DNA of 64,000 nt, taken from the NCBI GenBank assembly GCA_051362555.1, contig CM120648.1, positions 15,868,587-15,932,586 on the forward strand, given 5' to 3'. Below, piece by piece: positions 49,655 to 62,638 of the stretch. Made by a program: the position numbers and the translations under genes. How positions within the stretch are numbered: position 1 is the first letter of the stretch; the number at the start of each line of letters is the position of its first letter. Below the pieces are notes generated by a model that ran no database searches, was not told the origin of the DNA, and saw nothing but the letters and a program-made list of their open reading frames with translations. The stretch is from Lingula anatina. Lineage: Eukaryota; Animalia; Brachiopoda.

Positions 49655-50886
49655 CATTGGTCAAAAAGGTTGTCCCACCCACATTTCCAGAGTGTGGCGG
49701 AATTGGTCAAGATTATTTGGGAATTGGTTCTCCTCTGCAATGCACATTCCAATTCATGCCACAGGTACTCAGTAGGATTAATATCAGGGCTCAAAGACGG
49801 TTGTCCCATCCTTATAGCCCTGTGTTTCTGTAACAAATCACTTGCCACACGAGAGCAAGTGCGTTGTCACAATGAATCCAGTAGCATCCCTGAAGTCACC
49901 TCTTACAAATGGAGTGAGATTTCTGTTGAGAATCTTACAGTAAAATGCTCCTGTTACGTTTTGTTCTAAAAGGAACAATGTACAAATACCATGGGCTTGG
50001 AATGTCCTCCAAATGAGGACTGATCTAATTCCTCAGGCGATATTATCCTACACACACACTTTTTAACATGCCTATGGACCCTCTTTGACCGTCGATGGGA
50101 TACAAGAAATAATTTGATTCTGCATCAAAACCGACTTCCTTTCAGTGATGGATGGCCAGGTTCAGGTGCCTGTGGGATCACTGAACGAAGCATTCTCAGC
50201 TGATATCTCAGTCCATCTTCAAGAACTGACTTTCGGGTTAACTCCAGGCTTTATCATGATTGCACACTTGCTCACACCTCTCGCCTGACAAGTGTTTGTT
50301 GAAGAAACACAATGCTCTAAGTATGGGATCACCATATTTGAGCCCTGATATTAATCTTATGATCAACTGTGACATGAATTGGAGTGTGCAAAGCAAAGGG
50401 GAACCAACCCCATAAAAACGTGGACCAACTCACCCAACTCGTTTAAGAATAATGGGACAATATCCCACAAAAAAGAATTGTTACCCATGTTGAAGGCTTG
50501 TCGCACTGTCTACAGGTGATAATTGCAGTACGCGGTAGACGCACACGCTGTTAGGCACGTGATCTTTAACGAGCTCACCCTAATGCTAATTTGTGTGAAT
50601 TTGGTGACATTTGATGGCGTCTTTTCAATTTAAAAAACACTTCTTTACGTCTGTAGAAGTCACAGTGAAATAGTGGATTTGAGGGGGTACCTCTTAAAAA
50701 CTTTACTAAATGGTATTAATTATATATATTTTCACCACTATTTTGTACTTTTTTAACCAATAATCATGTTAAATACGGTATCTGTAATAAAAAGCACTAT
50801 TTCTAACAATTTACAGCTGTGAGGTGATCATTTGTAAATAAAAGTACATGAAAATGGGGTTGGGACAACCTTTTTGGCCAGTTTTG
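49632..50886. mobile_element. Degenerate, rearranged Tc1-like element
   Basis: TIRs aacattggtcaaaaaggttgtcccaccc and gggttgggacaacctttttggccagttttg, with TA flanks. The - strand encodes SPDINPTEYLWHELE, a decayed form of the Tc1 motif SPDLNPIENLW. Confidence 0.8.
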
Positions 50887-50904
50887 TATATCAAGTATCA
50901 AACT

Positions 50905-52090
50905 TTACTGATACGGTTCAAATCTTATTGGTCTATAGCGTCGTCTGCTAGCAGACTGAAATCCGGGACCGTCGTCACTTCCGGAATGATAAGTATGGGC
51001 GATTGCGCTTCGTGACCCGTCGTCTTCACGGTTTCTAACCTTAGTGGAATGTTTTAGCGTCAGGAGTTGTTCCTTGGCATGTTTTAGCTTTTGGATCTCT
51101 AAATGAAGGTCGTAGTTGTCATCCGTCAGCTGGGCAATGGTTTTCCGCAAAACAGAATTTTCGGCCGCTGTCATCGACATTTTGTTAAACAGGTCAAGCG
51201 ATTCGTGCCGGGTCCTCTCCAGCTCAGTGGATTTATTTTCAAAACGCTTGTAAACACCGTTCCTCTCAGTGTTTAGCAGTTGAATTTCGTCACGCATTTG
51301 GTCGATTTCTTTATTGGTCTCGGCAAGTTGTGAAGAAATGGCAGTGACCTGCTCTCGTAGACGCTGGTTTTCCTCATGTATCAACCTGTAGTCGGAGTGC
51401 ACCCTGGTGTCCAGATTGTAATCACGAATCTGAGCTTCCATCTCCATCTCGAGTTCTCGGCTTCTTTCACGTGCTCGCCGGGAAATCTCTCGTTCTGCCC
51501 CGAGTGCTTGTTCTAAATCATTCTCGCGGTGCTCGCGTGCTTCGTGGACTCTCATGCTGCGTTTCAACTGTTCAATTTCGTCTTCCAGGCTTTGGATTTT
51601 AAGAGTGAGCTGATGTATACTGTTTTCTGTAATCACATGGTTTTGATAGCTCAAAATTCTTGACCGTTGAAAAAGCTCTTCCCTTTTTGCTTGTGACACT
51701 GCAAACCAAACGTTGCATTGAAAGCAAAACCTAGATTGTACGACATGGGTAAATATCTAGACAAAGACAACATCTGAATATTAACGACGCCTTACTTATA
51801 ACTCTAATTTAAAACTGTCCCAGCAAAAAATAAGAATGGTGGCAATATTCACTTGGATTGCCTCATTCCCTGAAGAAAATGTTCTTAATAGGCATCAAAA
51901 TATTGAAAGTAAATACAATTGCAATATTAGCTGTTGATTGAGGAAATCCACTTCCGATAATAATAATGATACTTTTATTGGGATATTCACCTGGCCTACG
52001 TCTGAAACCACTGTCCGGAGCATTTGACGTCATTGTTTCTTCAGACATATGACTAATTCCACCAAATTCGTCTGCACCTCCGGTCGCCAT
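50905..52090 (-). CDS. Uncharacterised two-exon coiled-coil protein, about 297 aa
   Basis: Exon 1 is 52090-51991 (MATGGADEF...RRRP, donor CAG|GTGAAT). Exon 2 is 51698-50905 (acceptor TTTGCAG). Phases match (1). The body is E/R/L/Q-rich with heptad character and no stop codon. Confidence 0.7.
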
Positions 52091-52180
52091 ATTTCACAAA
52101 ACGGACGTTGTAGAACAACCCACGCGCTATTGCACCGGCCTGCCTAAAACAAAAGTCACGGCGAATTACAGTCCAAAAGG

Positions 52181-52188
52181 CTTTTATA
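52181..52188 (-). promoter_or_regulatory. TATA box (TATAAAAG) about 90 nt upstream of the coiled-coil gene ATG
   Basis: The + strand cttttata reads TATAAAAG on the - strand. Confidence 0.5.
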
Positions 52189-52581
52189 CGGTTACATGTA
52201 TAAGTAAGTGGCGCTTTTCTTCAATAATGTACGTACCAAATGCCTGGAAGAGCGGCAAAAATAAATATTTTGTATCCTCAAATAACACACCGCTGGTATC
52301 AAAATTGGTATCAGTGATTTTCCCAACGCCTATTTGTCCTTGGCCCTATCTCAGCATGCCACCTTTGTCACGAGTAACCTGCATAGTACTGACATCTGTA
52401 TTGACTGAGTCAAGTCATCAATATACTACATAACTAATGGATCGATACACACCCTATTAGATAAAATGGTTTCTTATTAACTACTGACTGTTTTATCGTG
52501 TAATGTCCTTGGGCTATGAGCACATATGAAATATGCCGATTTTGTTGTTGACGTCATATCAGCGATTTTGAGGCAAAGTTG

Positions 52582-52678
<97 letters not shown>

Positions 52679-52969
52679 TCCTCTATCAACTGGGTTTATA
52701 CCAGAAAAATTTCCGACGGCTACTAGGGGCTGTGCTTTAGTGAAATAAAGGGGTGCCAACGGTCCCCCCTCCCTCCCTCCTCTCGTAATATACGTTCTTG
52801 TACTTCTATTTGTGTACATGTAGCTGAATCTTTCTAGCTGTCTTTCTGAGTAAATAGATAGGTCAGTTGTACTGCAGCATCGTTGGTCAAGGAAGGCTTA
52901 ACTTTGGCCTGAAAAGCTAAGTACAATATTTGGGCTAATTATTATTTTTTAACAGAACCTAGAATGCTA

Positions 52970-53385
52970 ATAGCACAGGTAAAGTGAAAAGTAACCTCTG
53001 AAAACTAGGGTGCTTCTTTACTCCCTGGTGCCAACTGCCGGGCTCTGTAGAGCTACAAGTAATAAACAGTCCCTGACCTAATTCTTTCTTCATGCAGTGC
53101 ACGCACGAAGAGATGTGAGATATAGGGGATTTTTACTGCACGCAGAAATACCGTCATTCACTGCAGTTTATTCAATCAATTTATTTATGAAAATAAAATG
53201 CTTGGGTATTCATTTCACACTAAGGCCATTATATTGGCAGAAAGTAGCCTAATGGTATTGCGTTAGAGGCTGTAATCTGCCTTAGGAAAATGTTCATGTA
53301 ACGGTGCATCCCCAACCAAACTACAGTTCCAGGTACACCTATCCAACTGGCTGAATGCAATCAGATTAAATGAATGACACACCTA
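52970..53385. repeat. Local repeat family A (direct copy about 56850-57280; inverted partial copy about 59110-59215)
   Basis: Shared aagtgaaaagta.cct, tccctgacctaattct, agaggctgtaatctg and caatcagattaaatgaatgac. The reverse complement (gtgcactgcatg...aggtcaggga) occurs at about 59170-59208. Confidence 0.7.
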
Positions 53386-55467
53386 CGGCTACGGCTTCTG
53401 GCTGCTTTCCCCCTTTTTATGTTCAACATCACTTGAAACTTAGGGAATTTGTTGACTAGAATGTAAGTCGATGTTTCCCCAACGTTTATATGTATACATA
53501 TATACGGGTACAAAACGGTTGTCCTAATTTCATATCGCAGACGAATACAAGATTTAAGGTAAGTCAGTGTTTTGATTTGAATAACTTGGGGCATTATCTT
53601 CGCTTGACTAAAATGATATTGTTACTATACATATATGTACCATCGAAGTTTTCTCTTTATTTATTTCTTTTCACTTGTTTTAAATCTTTAATGTGGCGCT
53701 ATAGGTGTGTGTAATTCCATGAAAAACAATCAATGCATTCAATACGATTTATCAAAATTGATGATTTAGCTATTTATTTTTATTGTATTTCATACGCATT
53801 GTTAGACAGGGGTCGCCGGGTATAAAGCAGTCTTGTACATGTATAAACCTGGTTAAGCTAATAAATCCAAACAAGAAGTTTGAAAATGTATTCAATATTC
53901 ATTTACATAAATTCACCACAATATTACATTTGGTGAATAATATCAACTAACTCTAAATTTTATCCGGTACAGCAAGAATACATTTTGTTCAGGGGAATAA
54001 GTACTTGAGCAGGTTATATTAGATAACCGTTAAGGGGAATCCCCTTTGTCCCAATAATCGATAACTTGTATGCAAAACTGGGTCGGCACACACTATTAAT
54101 GTATATCGAACCCAGACACAGAGAGTCCGCTTCCGTTCTATCGACATTTGGTCCCAAGGGAACGCGTGGTAGAACCCATTTAAAAATTTTAAAAATAAAG
54201 AATGTAATTCAATCAAAAATCACCCCAGGCTTCCAAACCCCATGGATAAGTTTTCCGTATTAACTGGGTTTAGGCAATTGAAAATTAACACCAGCAAACT
54301 ATTTTAACGAAAAAAAATCGGGGAAACATTATTTACGAAGAAAAAATGGGATCATCCTACCCTATAAACAACCAAATTTTGCAACCATTTTTTATGTCAC
54401 ATGAAGAGCCGCATTTTGAAACCAAACTACCCCAATGGGCGGTAACACCAAATGTCACGTAAAATTCAAAACTAGCCTATTATATTTTGAAGAATATATA
54501 TTGATAAATTAATAAACTAATCATCATGAAAAGTGACAAATCACTCACTTCCCTCGAGTACAACAAATCCAGCAAGTCTTCAATTAGTGGTAGAAGCAAC
54601 AGGCTTGCACAAAGCGGGTTATTTATGGGAAATCTGCGTTTGAAATTTGGTCACGTGTCCCATTCTCAAATAAACGTACCTAAAAGTGTAGAGCTTTTGG
54701 AAACTGAATGTAATACTGTATTTGGCAGGCATGTTCCTTGCTCAGTCTTCTCATTACTGTCATTATGTAATCGTTAACGCCTTACCTTACCTTAGGCAGT
54801 TTATAGGGGGCATGTCACTCCCCTAGAACAGAACACATCTCTAGAAATCTGTGTCTAGGCAGTAAGTTGGAAGTAGATGAAACGCGCTTCGTTTATAAAT
54901 ATATTCCATTCCGGATATTACATAAATTATATACAAGTGACCTGCATGCTGGATTGCGCCTGTTTATAGAACGGGGAAATCACCACAGTGAAAGCACATC
55001 GCGGGCAAATATAGCAAACATGCCCATTTTACCGATCCAGAAAATTAGGTTATTCTAGTTGAAACCAGGATTCTTAGATGCCTCAGAGGCTGTTTTCAGT
55101 CATTGGAAAGCATTTCATTAGGGTAAAATATCCTCCTTAAATGAGTGGCCTCCACTGATAGACAATAGACTGTACCATTAATAGACACAATCCTCTATAG
55201 GATAATATTCATTAACGTTTGTCTTTTTAAAACTCAGTAAACGTTTAAAGTGGGCCCCGTCCCCCTCATGTTTTTTTTTTTTTTTTTTTTTTTTTGGGGG
55301 GGGGAATATCTAAGGGGATATTTTGGACTGTAGTGAAAATGACATACATGTATCATGATCAGCGCAGGCTGTCACGGCAGGGGCGTCTAGATAGTCCGAA
55401 GGTTGATTAGTCCAAAAAATAGTAACATTTCCAAAGTTTTTTTTTTAATCAAGGTTTCATTGGTCCA

Positions 55468-55860
55468 AGGACAGCTTACCCCTCCTACCTCACATACAGT
55501 TTTAATTTAATACTTTTTCTTTTTAACAACCCAGTTACGATTAGCCCAGGTTGTATTTATCATCTTTTTTTTCTGAAAGGCCCCTCCCCCCCCCACACAC
55601 ACACGCACACATACACATAAAATATACAACACGGAACTAATCGACTATCAGAGAAAATGGTTATTATGTTCAATCTATCGTGCTTGCTACAGTGATGAAT
55701 TTGAAAACTCGGACCGTCCCTTAAAAAAAAACAACTGGTCCCCATTTGCTCAGATGAACATGGGGTTATATACATAGGGAAATCCTCTTGCACTTACTAG
55801 TGTCTATGGATACATGTGAATGTACAATCTTTACGTGGGTCTACGATGAACGTATTACTT
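55468..55860 (+). repeat. Local repeat family B (copies at about 60560-60900, and about 61480-61640 plus 62150-62355)
   Basis: Shared ttttaacaacccagtta.gat, ggaactaa.cgactatcagagaaaatg and aaaacaact.gtccccatttgctc.gatg. Confidence 0.7.
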
Positions 55861-56124
55861 TTTCGTCTCGAGATCGATCCTTGCTGCATGTAAAAGATAG
55901 TTCATATAACTAGCCATTGTATAGATAATAAGGGAAGGATAAAACGTTCAATATACGGTGTACATTTGCACTCGCTATAAACGATCAACTCCAAACTACA
56001 TTTATCCCATTTGCTCTGGTGTAACTCTTTTGTCATTATTTTTATTTTCAACTCCTCCATCGCAGTTTGTAGTTACCATTTTTTCTGAATGACCCCCCCC
56101 CCCCCCTCCACATACACACACTAA

Positions 56125-56702
56125 TGCCACTATTTCGCATAGACCACTTATCCCATGAATCGCCAGGAATTGACAAATTTCTGGATTCGTGAGGATTCGT
56201 GAGATTTTGCCAATTTTCTGGTCTAATTCGACACGCTCTACGATTCAGTTACGAAACAGGTGCGATAGTGTTACGAATATTTGTGGGATTCGGCTGGAAT
56301 CCCACGAATATTATCCAGAAATTCACCACGATTTTTTGGAATCGGGAGTTCGTGGCAAAAATTTTGAACAGCTCAAAATGTTTGCCACGAATTCCCGATT
56401 GATCAAGAATTGCAAAAACTGACTACGATTATATACGAATCCGTTGAGAACTTCACGAAGTAATTACGATTCAACCACGAATCTTGAAATTTGTCAATTC
56501 CTGGCGATTCGTGGGATTCGTGGTCTGTGTGAAATAGGGGCATAAGGGTTTTTGCCAAGAATTCCTGCTGGTCAAGAATTGCAAGAGCTGACTACGAATA
56601 TAAACGAATCTGTTAAGAACTTCACGAACTGGCTACGATTAAACCACGAATCCTGAAATTTGTCAATTCATGGTGATTCGTGGTCTGTGGGAAATAGGGG
56701 CA
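56125..56702. mobile_element. TAA-flanked MITE (Harbinger-like) with a duplicated right end
   Basis: Left TIR tgccactatttcgcatagaccac. Right TIR gtggtctgtgtgaaataggggca ends at 56542 followed by TAA. A second right end finishes at 56702. Many ACGAAT/ATTCGT motifs. Confidence 0.75.
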
Positions 56703-57990
56703 TTACATAAAACGGTGTTGGTATCTATAAGAATGAAATATTTTTTCTTCGGTCAACAGCTAATATTGAGTTTTTACCTCCAATATTTCAATGTCTAGCA
56801 GAACATATCAGGGAATGAGGCTATTCAGGTGAACAGAAATATAGTGATAGAACAGGTTAAGTGAAAAGTAGCCTTTGAATACCAGGGTTACGAGTCATCC
56901 CTGACCTAATTCTGTCTGCATGCAGTACACGAGGAGATAGGGAACTTTACTTCATACAAAAATAAACACAGCTACTGTCTACAGACAGTACATATGATAC
57001 ATATGATAGTTAAACTGTACCGTAATTCGCAACATGCTTTTCTTTAGTCAATTTATGTATGCATATTAAACAACTTGGGAATCCATCTCAAAGTAATACC
57101 CAATTTCGCTTATACTGCCACAAAGTCGCTCGCCTACTGGCATTGCTTCAGAGGCTGTAATCTGACTCAAGAAGTGTACACGTAATTGCACGTCCACAAC
57201 CAAACTTTTGTTCCAGGTGCATCGATCCAGATCTGCGGTGCGTCTCGCTGAATACAATCAGATTAAATGAATGACGCACCAAGCGGTTAATAACTTTCGT
57301 GAGCAAACGGAACCCATTTTACAACCGTTTTCGTTGCTATATCATTGCTGTATTTCTATGGGTTGTGTACAATGCAGTAGTATCGAAGTAGCAAAGAAGC
57401 ATTAACGCAGTAGTGGTGTGGAGCATATTTGCAGTAGAAATGCAGTATACCCTACTGCAATTCTACTTCAAAAATTACATAGGGTTGTACAGAGGAGGAG
57501 CATTAATGCAGTAGATTAGCAGCATGATAGAAGCATGTTTCAAATATGCTAATTAGCTCCCAATGCGAAGCAGATTTGAGGCATATTTGCAGTATGATTG
57601 CAGTAGTCTACTGCGCTGGAGCATCAACGTATATTCACTCTTAGTGAGATATTGGGGAATTATTGGTCAACAGTTGGCCCATGTAGGGCTACGTTTGATT
57701 GGGAAAACATTGGCAATGATTTAGTATTAAAAAGAGGTTTAGCCAAAGTGAGCACTTAGATGGAAATCAAACGTTGGACCAACATTTGCATGCTATGCCT
57801 GTGAGAGAGAGAGAGAGAGTGAGAGAAAGAGAGAGACTGTTGTTTTCATATGTTTAAGCTAGACTTTAATGTGTAGAGCTTTAACAATGCCGATGTCCAT
57901 AGGACATTGTATTTGTTGCAGTGGCTTTATAATGGGTTATAGCCCTATAGAAACTGAGTAACATCGTCATCAATATTTGACGCTCAAGTG

Positions 57991-58960
57991 CACTGAGAAT
58001 AAAATTGGAGTCATTTGTCTCTCTAGTCAGAGTCCAACACCCCTTGACCCTCATGGAAATAATTTGACTCCTACATGTATTTAAGGGTCAAATTACCCCA
58101 CTTTCAGAGTCTTTAGACTCTCTTATCAGAGTCAATCACCCCCTGACTCTCATGGAGTCAATCTGACTCTAAAATCAGAGTCAAATTACCGGGGGCCATG
58201 CAGTGCCTGGCTGACCCCTTTAACCGACTCTTTTCGCTCGCTGGACAGCAAAACGGCGTGGAGAGTACAGTTTTTATAATCCTTTGTTAGTATAAACATT
58301 ACTTTATTGGCCAGCGTTAGTTTTATGCATGAACAAGTGGTTTTATGTGTTTCTGCATGCAGAACACGTGCACTTATTACTGGCCTAGGCTTTCAGTTGC
58401 CCACACCCTGCTGACCACACCCAGGTCAGCAGGTTTTGTGTCCAGGTTGTAGGTTTGACCCCCCAATGCATGTCACTGGGGAGGTATGCTCACTCATTGG
58501 TATATATATATATATAATTATATATATTATGCTCTTTATTACTAGATTTACAAACTGTTTGTTATTGCCAATTCCACACCACATACGACCGGATGGCCTT
58601 GTGGTTAGATTGTCCGCCTTTAGATCTGGAGGACGTGGGTTCAAACCTGTCTTTGGACAGACCAGTTTCTAAAAAACGGTACCTTCTGTCTCCCTGCTTG
58701 GGACTGCTGTTTATTATTATTATTATCATATAATGTGCCAAGGAGTCACAAATTCCTTTATATGTGGTCATGGTGACTCTTTTGTAGAGATAAATCAAGG
58801 GATGAAGGGATGTGTGAATAGAGTCAATTGTGACCCTCCTGTGGGGTCTGGGATGGCGTTACTCCATCAGAGTCATCTTGACTCCAATTGGGAGTTATTT
58901 TAGGCACCACTGCTGGACTCCAAGTTTGGAGTCACTTGGACTCCGATTTTATTCTCATTG
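57991..58960. mobile_element. CACTG-terminated non-autonomous element with GAGTCA/TGACTC subterminal repeats
   Basis: TIRs cactgagaataaaattggagtc and gactccgattttattctcattg (20/22 match). Confidence 0.7.
58587..58705 (+). mobile_element. tRNA-derived SINE head nested in the CACTG element
   Basis: A box TGGCCTTGTGG and B box GGTTCAAAC at tRNA-like spacing, followed by non-tRNA sequence (aaaaacggtaccttctgtctccctgcttgg). No acceptor stem. Confidence 0.65.
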
Positions 58961-61900
58961 TATTCACAATGTGAGGCCTGGAAAAATCATGGTTAAAAAA
59001 TTATCTGTTTTACTGAAACAAAAGAGTGAAGTCACAATAACGTCTTTCATTCCATATGGTATTACCGGTAACTTGATCAGGGATACAACCTAATTAAACT
59101 GTGTTACAGAAAGCAGTTGTATTCAATTCAGTGTGCAGTAAAAACCCCATATGTCACATCTCTTTGTGCGTGCACTGCATGATATGAGGGAAGAAATAGG
59201 TCAGGGACTAATTTTCACGTGTAGCCTCTGCTATCAGTACAGTCTAAACGGTGATGATCAACAAATACACGCCTGCATGCTGGCGCAGGTAAGTGAACAA
59301 CGTTCATTTTCAAGTTACTATATCACCATCATGGTAATAACCTATACTGCAGTTGTGATTGCAACTAGAGGTGTCACATGCATGTAGACAGACATATATG
59401 TGCGACAAAAGACACAATTTTGTCAGGATGTTGATATTTATGTCTCCGATCGCGAGAGTTTACACGTACAGGGAAAGACCGAACACTGAATGTACCCCTG
59501 TACACAGCACCTCCATTTTTTGCTCGGTCTTTTTTAAATACGTTCGTTATTTAGTCATTAATGCATACCTTCGGCGGAGTGAAGAAGGGGCAGAGCCCTC
59601 CCTTAGCTCGACAATCACTAAGAGAAGATACCTCTGGAAATTTGTAACTGCACAGTGAATTGAGGATGTGAAATGCTCCTTGTTTACAAAAAGTATACCC
59701 CGCATATGGCGAATGCTAGTGCACTTCTATTTATAGAAAGGGGAATTCACAAAAATCCCCTTTCGTGTGTACCTGTACCTGTACTGTACGTGTCCATTTT
59801 ATTGATCTGGCTCAACCCGATTTCGTAGATACTACAATGGCTGTATATTTGTGATATGCAGACAGTGAAAAGCCTTCCGTTGTTAGGCTAAGTTTATCCC
59901 GACTCACATAATAAGTGTAATAGGCCTACTCTAATGTCTTATGTAGACTATTAATTTTTACAGGCATGTGCAAGTATTATATGTATTATTTACAGTCATG
60001 TGCATGTATTATACAAGATATGCCCCACTGTAAAAATTACTGAACTATTACCAAATGTACGATTGAGACTATCTTAAGTGATGTTTTGGACTCTTGAGAA
60101 GAGAACACCCATGTATAACCATCATCATCTCAGCCTGTAATACCATCTGGCTACAGTTCTTCGAAGGTTGTAGGTCAACACTTTTTCATTTTCTTGCATT
60201 TTCTTGAAAAAGTTAATTTTGGGACATTATTAGGCCATTATTTGGGATTATTTGGGGCAAATTATTATTATTATTATTATTTGAATCGGCTCCTCGTGTT
60301 ATATGTGGGTAGAGGAGAGTCACCGCTAGTACGGTCACGTGACACACAGCGTGTAATCCATGTGCGCGGGTGGCCTCCACATATTTCTTCACACTTTAAT
60401 TGTTGCCATGGTGTGGTGTTGAACTGTAACACAACACTCTGGTTCAGTCCAGGTTGTGAGGGCCTGATGACCGTTTGCTCCAACATCAGGACCATGCGCC
60501 AGATTGCACTCTCTACTCTTGGGTGACGTCGACCTGCATGGCCTATGCTAAATTAATTACCATAAACCCCACATCCATGGTCGGCTAAACCCTCATACTT
60601 CATATACAGTTTTCCTTTAACTTTTTTTAACAACCCAGTTATGATCAGTCCAAGTTGCATTTGTCATCTTTTTTTTCTGAATGCACCCCCCCACACACAC
60701 ACACACACGCACACATACATAAAGGAGAACACCTTTTGCCTACCGATACAGTCTTGGCATGAGTCCAACATACAATAAACGTACTGCGTTAATATCGAGG
60801 TCAATGCCATTAAATATACAACAAGGAACTAACCGACTATCAGAGAAAATGATTATTATGTTCAATCTATTGTGCTTGATAAAGTTGGAAAGTCGGTCCG
60901 TCGTTATTTTAAACGGTCAACGTACCAATCAAGTTATAATTAATGTAATTATAACAGTCATATTTTAACAGTCACAGTGAGGTATAATAATAATAATAAT
61001 GATAATAATGATATATTTAACTATTGTCAATGCGCCAGAAAATAGGAATTGCTCCCATTACAACATTTTATCTCACCCAACGCATCCCCTTTCAGCTGAG
61101 TAAATATCAATACTTTCACCAACCCTCTGATTTCAGTGCAGTAATGGTTTTATATTATATTAGATACTTTACCCCCCCCCAAAAAAAAATAATAATAATA
61201 ATAAATGAATAAAAATAAGTAAAACGAAAAACAAAGAGAAAAAAGAAACCCACTTTACATCTTACATGTTCACTGAGTTAAAAAAAAATTAAGATCATTC
61301 ACACGGATATTTGCCTATGGTGAATGGCCTCTTTTTAATGGCACAGTATATCAGGTGATGTCACTCATTGATGGAGCATACTTTAAATCAAGAGCGTGAG
61401 ATTTAGTGAATCAACCTAAAATAGTTTGTCATTTGATTAAACCGTCGATATCAAATGCGATGTATTCTTCCACTTACCATAAACCCCACATCCAAGGACA
61501 GCTAACCCCTATTACCGGTACTTCACATACAACGTTTAAAAAAATTATTTTTATTTTGAACAACCAAGTTATGATCAGTGCAGGTTGCAGGTAGCATTGT
61601 TTTTATGCCCCCCCCCCCCAACACACACATATGAAACGGTGTTAATAATGTATCGAAGATAGGATACAGTTTACATGTACATGTAGTTTGATTTTACAAG
61701 TGGGCGAAAGAGGTTCACATTTCGACCCAGCTCCAAACTTAAGCACTTGTCTGACTGTTGAATATTGATAATGACCGCATGCTAATGGGAAAATGTAATG
61801 TGAAAAGAAATACAAGCGTCCATCCTTAAACACTCCTATGGCACTTCAAAATAAGTTTTGGTGGATTTTATATTTAGAATTATTTTCAAACATGGCTGAT

Positions 61901-62638
61901 AAACAGGGAACATAACAGTATAAAGCACTTTATATGAAGCAATTTGTCAGCAGCCGATTTTATGCACAGTAGCATGTGCGGTTTAGCTTAGAGTCAGATA
62001 ATTTTAAACGTTCCTTTATAAAATATGGATATCCAGTGATATAAATACAACACAATATCCCATATTTTCTAAACCTTGCCAACTTACCTTCTATCCGTAC
62101 AGCAGTGTAGAAGTTTGTTCTGTGAAACACGTAGCCGGTGACTATATGCATAATCTATTGTGCTTGTTACAGAGATGCATTAGATAAGATGATCTTTTTT
62201 AAAAAACAACTTGTCCCCATTTGCTCTGATGTGCGCGGGGATATATACAAATGCTTGTCAAGGGGAATCCCCTCATTCTACATAAAGTCTATAATTACAT
62301 TACATTCTTGAGTACTGTAAGGTCTTGTACGTTTAGGGGGTCAAAGATGACGCATGTTTTTTTTTTTACCCTTAAATCTTTCACAGGAGGAACTGATCTG
62401 CCGTATCGGAATAAGTGTAAGTTGACAAAAGTTATGAATACATAAGATATTGTTGTATCAATTGATATTGAAGATTTGTCACGATTCACCTGTGTAAGTG
62501 TTGATATTTATGATGCATTTAAAGTAAGAACTAATGTCAAATATTTAACACTAAACTCAAAATAGTATCTCAAATAGTATAACTTAAATACATGGTCACA
62601 CTGGGGTTAATACAGAAAAGTTTTATTTCCATAACCAG

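Noticed and set aside
58587-58665. Functional tRNA gene
   Set aside because: A and B boxes are present, but there is no paired acceptor stem and it continues into a SINE-like body.
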